A stretch of 57,435 nucleotides of DNA, the filler included, from Dimargaris cristalligena (lineage: Eukaryota): assembly GCA_003614675.1 (NCBI GenBank). It is 5 parts of 5 records of this genome, joined end to end, with 100 filler letters (N's around TTAATTAATTAA, not from the genome) between each part and the next. Parts side by side here need not be neighbours in the genome. Positions count along the whole stretch, not along the records: positions 46,050 to 57,435 come from ML003118.1; 4 more parts are not named here. One strand, given 5' to 3'. Below the pieces are notes generated by a model. That model worked only from the letters and a program-made list of their open reading frames with translations. It was not told where the DNA came from and made no database searches. Positions within the stretch are counted from its first letter, which is position 1; every line of letters starts with the position of its first letter. Shown piece by piece: positions 49,629 to 57,435 of this stretch. The translations under genes and the position numbers were made by a program.

Positions 49629-49922
49629 ATGGCCATCACCACTCTCGTGCCTCCCCCGCCCGGCCCCCCGGCTCCGTCTGACGCGACCGGATGTGTTCAC
49701 GAAAAGTGTCGCCGCCTTGTCGAATTGCGGGACTCTCGTCTAACCCCTGGACCCGCGGCAGGCCACTCCGACCTATTCGCGCTCCTCGACCTCCTTCGGC
49801 TGACCTACTGTCTCGAAGCCGAGAATGACCGCCTGCGACACACACTGGAGCAGCGCGTCCAACCATCAGGCATCAAATACAGCAATACACGTGATAAAAC
49901 CCCGGAACCCGCTGGTCGCTGA
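49629..49922 (+). CDS. Hypothetical 97-aa protein with a short coiled-coil-like segment
   Basis: GC-rich ORF after a pyrimidine-rich leader (AAATATGG context). LTYCLEAENDRLRHTLEQR looks heptad-like. No family recognised. Confidence 0.4.
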   Translation: MAITTLVPPPPGPPAPSDATGCVHEKCRRLVELRDSRLTPGPAAGHSDLFALLDLLRLTYCLEAENDRLRHTLEQRVQPSGIKYSNTRDKTPEPAGR

Positions 49923-51013
49923 ATAACCTGTACCACTTACCAATCGGACAACCCATTGGTAACTAACTACCCTGCTATTCATCTACTACTAACCAAACTT
50001 CGCCCTGCTGAAATAGTGTCGAGTGCTAATTTTGAACCACGCCAGCTATAATCCACTCTAAAAGGGAGCCGGCCAGACTGCTCTTTAATGTATTTATTAC
50101 AGTCCCGCTCGTGCCATGGCTTGGGGTTTTCTTTCTTACTAATATTTAATCCGCGCTTTCCAGTCAACTTCAAGTTTGGCCCCAATTGCACCCCAACCTC
50201 ACCACCACTGGGAATTTCATTATTTTCCGGAATAGTTAAATCCCTCATCGCTTTTAATTCACTTCGTTTTTTTTATTATGTATTAGTATGTAGGTCTTGG
50301 TACTTCACCGACTGATTCTTTCCCCTACCTTTCAAACCAGTTTTTTTTTACTTCATTGATTTGTATAAAAACGGACATTTAATTAGTGTAACATTTATAA
50401 ATCTCCAATGATTCAATTAAATACATAAGCACTTGTGCGGTATTCAGATTATTACATTCGATATTCAGTCCACGGGTAACATCTCCACCCCAACTCACTC
50501 GTGGTCACTGGATTGAAGTTCATCCTCTATAGATAACGCGGGTAAATCGGGGGTAGCCAGTCTATCACTGTAAAAGTATATGAGAAACGCAATGTTACTG
50601 AATAAAAGTACAACCGGAAAAGTCCCACGGCAAGACACGTCAATACAAATCCTAACCTGTAATCCTTGGCCTTGGCCTTGGAGGCATACCTCCCATTTCA
50701 TCGGCAGGATGGACTTACCCATCCTCATGGCTCTGCTGCAATTGTTAGAAACGGGAAAATGAGCCATACAATGCATTTGTTTGAGGGCTTTTATTGGGAT
50801 GGCTGGGTGTTGGGAAGCTAAGTTCCTACAGGAAGATTGGTATCAAAAAGTTCATAGTAGGATAGACCCCAGCCAATTGTAGTTTTTATTACTCGGAATC
50901 ATTCACTAGGGTGCGTAGCCTTACCATAATTTCCCACCTATTACACAAAGGGTGATCAGTAAACGCTACATCCAGTCCAAAATCTCAATAAAACCCCAAT
51001 TGCGAAGCCGTAA

Positions 51014-51157
51014 ATATGGCAGAAGTTCATCCAGGCTGTATAACGAATAAACCATTTGATGAGGTAAATATTACTGGTCAAAAGTTATTCTCCCACATAT
51101 TCTCCCATACACATATTGTGTAAAATCTTATACAGTTGGATTAAAGTATACCCATAT
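51014..51157 (+). mobile_element. MITE family B copy 4 (144 bp)
   Basis: ATATGGCAGAAGTTCATCCAGGCTGTATAA...TTATACAGTTGGATTAAAGTATACCCATAT. Confidence 0.85.
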
Positions 51158-52167
51158 TCTAATCCATCTGCTATTTTCCATTTACGCACTTATTTACATT
51201 TCATGGACAAGCTCTCTTTCCCTCGCCCTTACTTGAACAGAACCCACCTTCCAGATAGATTCTGCTACTGTACTCTCTTAATAATGTTGCCATTTCTTCT
51301 CCAACCCATGCACTGTGTCGGGGTTTGCTGTAATAACCTGTTTTTTTTCTAGAAAACATAATGGGCCAAATTAGGGTACCCAAAAACCGGATTTTATGGA
51401 TTTCCCTATTAATTCCTATTCCTTCAGTCTTCCATTTGATGGGGATGGAGTCGTGTAGGTGAGGCATACCACGTAAGTGATGTGTGCTTGGGAACGTCTA
51501 AATAAGCCATTCAAGCCCAACAATTGGAGGTGAGGACGGGTGGCTGGCTGGAGGAGGCAATACAATGTTCAAAAGGGCAGTGTAGGAGGTACTGGGGTTG
51601 GTGGCCTGATGTCGTTCTTTGAACTGCTAATCAACGACGGTTCCAACTCATATTTATCGACTGGCTTAGTATTGAGTGTAGCTATACTCCACACACTCGA
51701 TTGTTTGAGAGGTCACCACATCAGGGTGGGGGGGTTTTTTTCGCAGGCTTGTCGACGAACCGTGTCTACTACTGGGAAGCGTTGGCGGAAGGCATGTCGT
51801 TTGCTCACCATGTATGGTATGGGTCATTTTTTATAGAGTGGGACATATGCTTTACTTAAGACAATGAACGGATGAAGGCGGCCTAATCTGGATACGGGGC
51901 TCATCCCACAGTCCCGTGTTTATGGTATAAGACCTCCCCATATTCAGTTTGGTGCTAGTGTAATGGAGGAAGGACGTGGTCCTCCAGTTCATGACCAATG
52001 CCCACTGTATAATGTGCCTCAGTGGCTACTAAAATGGCAAATATGAGTCTCATTCCAGGGAAATTGAAGTTGATAGTGGAGGTGGTGGATATAAACAAAG
52101 CTCAACTGTAAATTTGGGTGTAGAAAATTGGCACAATAAGTTCAGTTGGCAGTGGCAAATGGAACGT

Positions 52168-52468
52168 TTAACCGCGACTTCCAGATTCGGCTAGGTACTC
52201 CTGTTGGGCTTGGGGTTGCGAGAAAAGGGCAGCACCCCTCTCCCTTTTCAGTGTGGCCCACGGTGGTTGAGACTCGTTGTCTATTGATAGTTGATGGGTT
52301 ATTCCGTGGGCTGGAATAAATCATTTTTGGGACGGATAAAATCAGCATATTGTATTGATGGAGACACGCAAACGAGCATGACAGATTGGTAAACATACTA
52401 TATGATACGTATATAGCCTGTGGGGCGGTGGGAGTACTGGGTCTTTGTGGGGAGCTCGGGAGGGACAT
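52168..52468 (-). CDS. Small spliced orphan protein, 70 aa; exons 52468-52399 and 52310-52168
   Basis: TATAAATA at 52767-52760. CCATGT start. 88-nt intron with GTATGT donor, GCTGAT branch site and TTCCAG acceptor. Product: MSLPSSPQRPSTPTAPQAIYVSYTHGITHQLSIDNESQPPWATLKRERGAALFSQPQAQQEYLAESGSRG. Confidence 0.4.
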
Positions 52469-52537
52469 GGACACGGAGGGCGGAAGGGTTTCCTGCCACC
52501 AATAAGTCGGGAATATAGATATAATATGGATAGTAAA

Positions 52538-52675
52538 TATACTCGGAAAGACACTAAAATGCTAATATAACTCGGATAAACACTAATACTCGGATAAAAC
52601 TCTGGTAACTCGGAATAACTCTGATAACTCGGGAAGCTCTGCAAATACTTGGAAATGACTCTGAAAACACTGAAA
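52538..52675. repeat. Degenerate short tandem repeats (ACTCGGA/ACTCTGA, roughly 10-bp spacing)
   Basis: About ten ACTC(G/T)G(A/G)-like words between a minus-strand TATA box and the ATG at 52468. Confidence 0.7.
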
Positions 52676-54262
52676 AGAATACTTGTAGCAGGAACTCGTT
52701 TTTTTGGAGACACGCACTTAGAATGGTCTGATTCAGTAATGGATGGGGAATGCCGGCGCTATTTATACAGCGCCAGTGAGCATAGAGCAAATAGCAAGTT
52801 CCGGCAAATTAGCAATAGAGATCAAATGTTACATATAGCAGATTCGATGACGAATTACCGCAGTACAAATAATTATTAAATGAACGAAACCGTCGGGGTT
52901 CTGACGTCATTTTGGGAGACGAATAACCGGTACAAACTAGTAGCAACGAGGGTGAGCCCATGTCTAATCCAGTTAGACATGCACGCTACGGACTGTAGCG
53001 GAGTTTCCAACTAAAAATTGAGATCGAAACGGTAAATACGTTTCACTATAAGAATCAAAAATAGTATTCAAATTAAAAAGTCAAACTCGGCAGCAACTGC
53101 TGAAAATTGCAGAATAGGCAGTGCACAAAACGTTATAAAAAAGTCCAAATGATAAAGCGGTAGTGCCCTATTTGATTATGAGAATGCGGTAGTTGAATAG
53201 TATCCATGTAGTGTCAGAAATACAAGAATGATGTATGTCTCTTCCTTGTGTGTTACATAAGTCAACTGCTCTTAATCTACTGAGAGGCCATGTGGACTGA
53301 CTTCTATTGGGTACAGTACTGGGAGTATTGATAAGATCGGGCACAGGGCACAGATCTTATAACCAAAAGGGTTATTTAATCATCCCAAATTTCAGATTCG
53401 TAACTCCGGCTATTATCCGGAGGGTAGTGTACTGGGTTCCCAAATCACTACAGCAGCTACCGATATTTTTAAATACCAGGCCTTGCTGCTACCAAGAAGC
53501 ACCTATTAAAACCATGTTGATATAGTAACTAGTTCTTTCAATGGTGCTATTCCGAAACTGATTAGGGACGTGTTGAATATTATCGATTAGAAGATAAAAA
53601 GGGTCGAAAAATGAATTCGGCATGGTTAGCAAAGGTATTTGCTGGGAAAACCTTGACTGATGAGAGTTCGTTTTAAGATTTTACACCCAGAATGAATGGG
53701 GGTTTCTTCAGCAAGCCTTCGCAGAGAATGCGGGGTTCCGAATGTGTGCAGGCTACATCTAGGAGCGATTGTTGATAGGTACTGTGTTCATGCTGGGTCC
53801 CGCGTTCTTGGACTTGGCTTTCACCACTGTTTTACCAGTAAGAACCACAAAGTTGGAGGTTCTCATCTATATTTGACGCGGTAACCGGCTCTTTATCTCT
53901 CATAGCCGCCGGCCCTATAGTTGATTGGTGGTGGTGCAGTTTATTGGTTTCTCATTTTGGAGGGGGTTGTGGACATAAAAAATAAAGGTACAATATACAA
54001 CACCCAGCTGAGAAAGTCGAATAAATAAAGAGGTGTCTGCTCCGCGACATTCACAAGGGGGAATTTCACATTGTATGAATGATTCTCGACGAAATGGTAA
54101 GAATTATCACAGGAGATAGGCCCTTTTCAAAGTTATGTTAGAGTAGCCTTTTAAATCACGAACCGGAAATACAAAAATCCTTGGGTATTTATAACATATG
54201 TTATCCAGGTCAATCTGGAATAGTTTGGGAGGGAGGAGGCGAGTGGGTCAGATAATATACGT

Positions 54263-54841
54263 TTAATAGGCCGCGTGATCGGAGTGGGCGTGGGAGGAGG
54301 GAACTGGTTCTAAACTCCGGGCCCGCGGACGGTAAGTACCATCTTTCGTAGTATTACAATTAAGGTCCCAGAAACCATAGTTAAGCAACGTCGCAAACGT
54401 AGTCCAGGCCAAGTACGGCACGAAGAGCCAGCCGGCGAGGGTATCAACCTGGAAGAAAGTGGCCATGGTCAAAAACACAAACACCCACAGGAGACTAATG
54501 TCAATGAGGGCGGTGGCGATGGCGTGCCAGGCGAAGAAACAGGGGCTCCAGAGGAGGTTCAGGACCAATTGGAACCAGTAGAGCTGCAGGGCGAGGTGGG
54601 CGCGCTCCCGCGTGAAGCTCGAGCGATGGTTCTGATTCACTTGGGCTACGCGGTAGGCGGCCAGGCCCATGGCCACATACATGGCAGTCCACATGGGGGC
54701 GTAAATCCAGTTGGGAGGGTTGAAGGCGGGCTTGCGAAGCGAGGTGTACCACGACGCTTGGACTTCGTGCTTGTTACGGTAGCCGGTTAGGGCCCCCATA
54801 AATATGGGCGATAGGAAGTACACGAGGAAGCGGAAGACCAT
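54263..54841 (-). CDS. TSPO: TspO/MBR translocator protein, 192 aa
   Basis: WYTSLRKPAFNPPNWIYAPMWTAMY..MG.AAYRV, LYWFQLVLNLLWSP.FF, AGWLFVPYLAWTTFATLLNY. The ATG at 54841 is preferred over the TTG start in the ORF track. Confidence 0.96.
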   Translation of the reverse strand: MVFRFLVYFLSPIFMGALTGYRNKHEVQASWYTSLRKPAFNPPNWIYAPMWTAMYVAMGLAAYRVAQVNQNHRSSFTRERAHLALQLYWFQLVLNLLWSPCFFAWHAIATALIDISLLWVFVFLTMATFFQVDTLAGWLFVPYLAWTTFATLLNYGFWDLNCNTTKDGTYRPRARSLEPVPSSHAHSDHAAY

Positions 54842-56054
54842 GGCGTTAGGTTTTAAAAAAGGCAAAGGGACAATAGGAAATGGAGGACAAGGTATAATAA
54901 GTTATTGACTGAGAAGGCAAGTGCGGTGGAATAGGTTATATAGTATGTGGTTCGTAAGAGGGAATTGCCACCAGTAGTCAGAAACAACACAAGGCAAACC
55001 CCACAAGATGGGTGGGAGAGAATGATAAGGGGGGAATAATAATACAATTGGAAAGTAGTATAAAGCAGTTAATCACAGTGGGATAATCAATGGTTACGAA
55101 ACAATAGTATCAGTACCAAATCCAAGACCAATGAAACAAACATATAAGTAAGTGGTTGACGTATAGGGGGGATGGAGAAGTCCAGGGTTTATAAAGTAAA
55201 TTAGTCTAGCGCATTAATGGGCTGCCGTTATATCCAGGCCATTTGTCAAATATGAATACAAAATACAGCAAACACCACCAGACCACTTATTGTCGGGGAA
55301 TCCACGTCGCACACTTGAAATGGTTTAAAGGGTGACGTCAGAAGGTGTCCTAACCACTGCCAGGCTAACTTGTAATCAGATGGAACCCATATCAAATTCC
55401 GATTGGGGAAAACGGTGGCTGGATTAAGGCACATTTCATGGATCGAAAATGTTATAGGAAGACGGCGATGCTACTGCAATCATCCAATATCCTACAAGTC
55501 ATATAGAATAGAACATGTGGAGCCGATGCTCAGGGGGGGAGGGGACTCAGAGCAAAGTGGTAAGTGGGGGAAGTGTGCTAGATGCTGAACAATCACAGTT
55601 ACTCTCCCCCATGTATCAAACCCAGTAGTGGTACTGCACACTGCACCACTGTTGAAAATTGCTTGAATGGCCAGATCTAGAGAGGTCATTTTCATTGATT
55701 TATCAGGACCACCCACATTATCCACACTGTTAGTGCAGCTAGTTTATTACTCTTTATAGTGCATGCATATTTTCAGGGTGATGCTTTATTTACCAATATC
55801 TTTATCTCCCCTTGCTACTAAATAGACCCTCAATGGGTCACACTGGGTCAAAATAACTCCCTGAATATCTTGAAAGCATAAACCCTTTTGGTGGGCATAC
55901 AGTGTCTAAGGGGCACCTTCATTTTTGTCAGAGCATCTGGGATCCCAAAGAATTAATTAAAATGTGTTTTCTATTTACCACTGATCAGCCATATGTTTAG
56001 TTTAATCACTAATGTAATGCAATTATCCTTACTAGCAAAGAATAATATCCCTAT

Positions 56055-56492
56055 TGTCGGCCCTCCCAATCTGACTTAATCCAGACCTAACAATTACCTG
56101 TCCTATTTAGGCCTTATAGTGCCATATTAACCCTCCCATAGTCACACCCAGTACTATGGGGTCATCCTTTATTATGTAACCCCACTCATTTGACCCCAAC
56201 ACTTTGTACTCCAAACACTCAGCTTGCTGATCCAAGACTCTTCTAGTTCCCATGAGAGTCTTCCCAATGTGAAGCCATCTGGTCAGATTCTTTACTTATC
56301 CATACCATAGTCTTAGTAATCTTTCCCTTGGGACCTCCCTCTGGAGCTGTCCCTGCATATATATAACCAGGCCCCACTGGGACTAGTTCAATCCCAGGCT
56401 TATTCCTACCCCTTAGTTTACCTCAATAAACTCTATATAGGCTCACCCCCCTTATACTAACTAGTAAGTGTGCCTGCTGCACATCCCTGACA
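56055..56492 (+). mobile_element. Probable degenerate solo LTR (438 bp)
   Basis: TGTCGG...CTGACA inverted termini, with ATATATAA and AATAAA inside in LTR order, within a CpG-depleted block. No clean TSD and only one copy seen. Confidence 0.45.
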
Positions 56493-57435
56493 TTTACCTG
56501 CATTATCCTTTGTTAGTTAATACTATACCCCTATCCTAATGCTAGTAGCCCACTTGGCCAAGTCTAAGCCCTGCCTACCATTAGAAGCCTATCCTTGGGA
56601 CTCTTGATGGATTAAGAGTAGTTAACCTGGGTAACACCTATGAACCCATTCTAAACAAGTATTACCAATTCAGAACTATTGTTCTAGGTTAGCCTAATGG
56701 CAGTGTCAATTTGTGGATTTATTGAATTGATAAACAGACAGCCTAAAATGTCAACATAATTGCAGCTTAAAATTTTAGTACTGGTAATAAATCCAGGTAA
56801 TAAAAAATAAACATATGGGGAGGGACATTGGCAAAATTTAATGGTTAGAATGAATGTTGTGGGTGTGAGGTCTTTATGGATGCATGAGTGGCTAAAAATA
56901 TAGTTAAAATTGTGAATGTCCAGTAGTGGTTAAGGCTAACATGTTATGCCAGATACTACCATTTTTTTCAAGTCAACTGACCCTTGAAAAAATCTCCCTA
57001 GAGCTAACTGCCAAAGGCTAGTCACTGCCCTTTTTGGCACAGGTTTGGCAAGGTATGCTCACCAGTTTATTGTCAGGCAGAATGACGGTGGTAAGGGTAC
57101 CTCCCAGGACACAGACCTCAGCAGTAGCCCCATTCACTGGGGTTGCTGCTGAAGTCCATAGCTAGTATTGTGCCAGTGTGGCAAGATGGAGTGTCCCCTT
57201 AATTGCCACAGGTACAGACTATTAATATTTAATTATTATATTTATATACAAGGTATAAAGTGGCTTTTTTGTCTGGTATATCCAGTTTTTTCCCTTCCCT
57301 TTTAACCCATTCCTTCCATATAAATTTTTCCTTTGATTTTATTCTCTCTCTTCTTTTTATTAGGTTTACTATATGAATTCATTATTTACTTTTTATTGGT
57401 TATGCAGGCTTACTTTCATTTTATTAGTTTTAATA

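Overview
Eukaryotic genomic DNA with spliceosomal introns and a eukaryotic initiator tRNA. The gene set and style suggest an early-diverging fungus, plausibly Zoopagomycota or Mucoromycota (inference). The window is not one locus. It is five contigs of decreasing length (1-11425, 11526-22945, 23046-34460, 34561-45949, 46050-57435) joined by 100-bp N/TTAATTAATTAA/N spacers, so synteny across the spacers is meaningless. Recognisable genes: ERH (missed by the ORF track), an ADAM metalloprotease, a frameshifted DUF3712 membrane protein, Vps18/Pep3 (with a GC-AG intron), cyclophilin A, mitoribosomal uS19m, a mitochondrial RRM protein, MPDU1, a GRAM-TBC Rab-GAP, a short Tof1/Timeless, an NDUFAF4-like protein, TSPO and a partial tRNA-iMet. 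Accessory content: several orphan secreted peptide precursors, one of them interrupted by an in-frame TGA just before a cationic 11-mer amphipathic repeat; a four-copy ~144-bp MITE family; solo LTRs; a LINE relic; a palindromic ~73-bp minisatellite; and CpG-depleted repeat blocks pointing to methylation-driven or RIP-like genome defence. I found no prokaryote-type system (CRISPR, operon, defence island). All family assignments come from motif recognition, not database searches.
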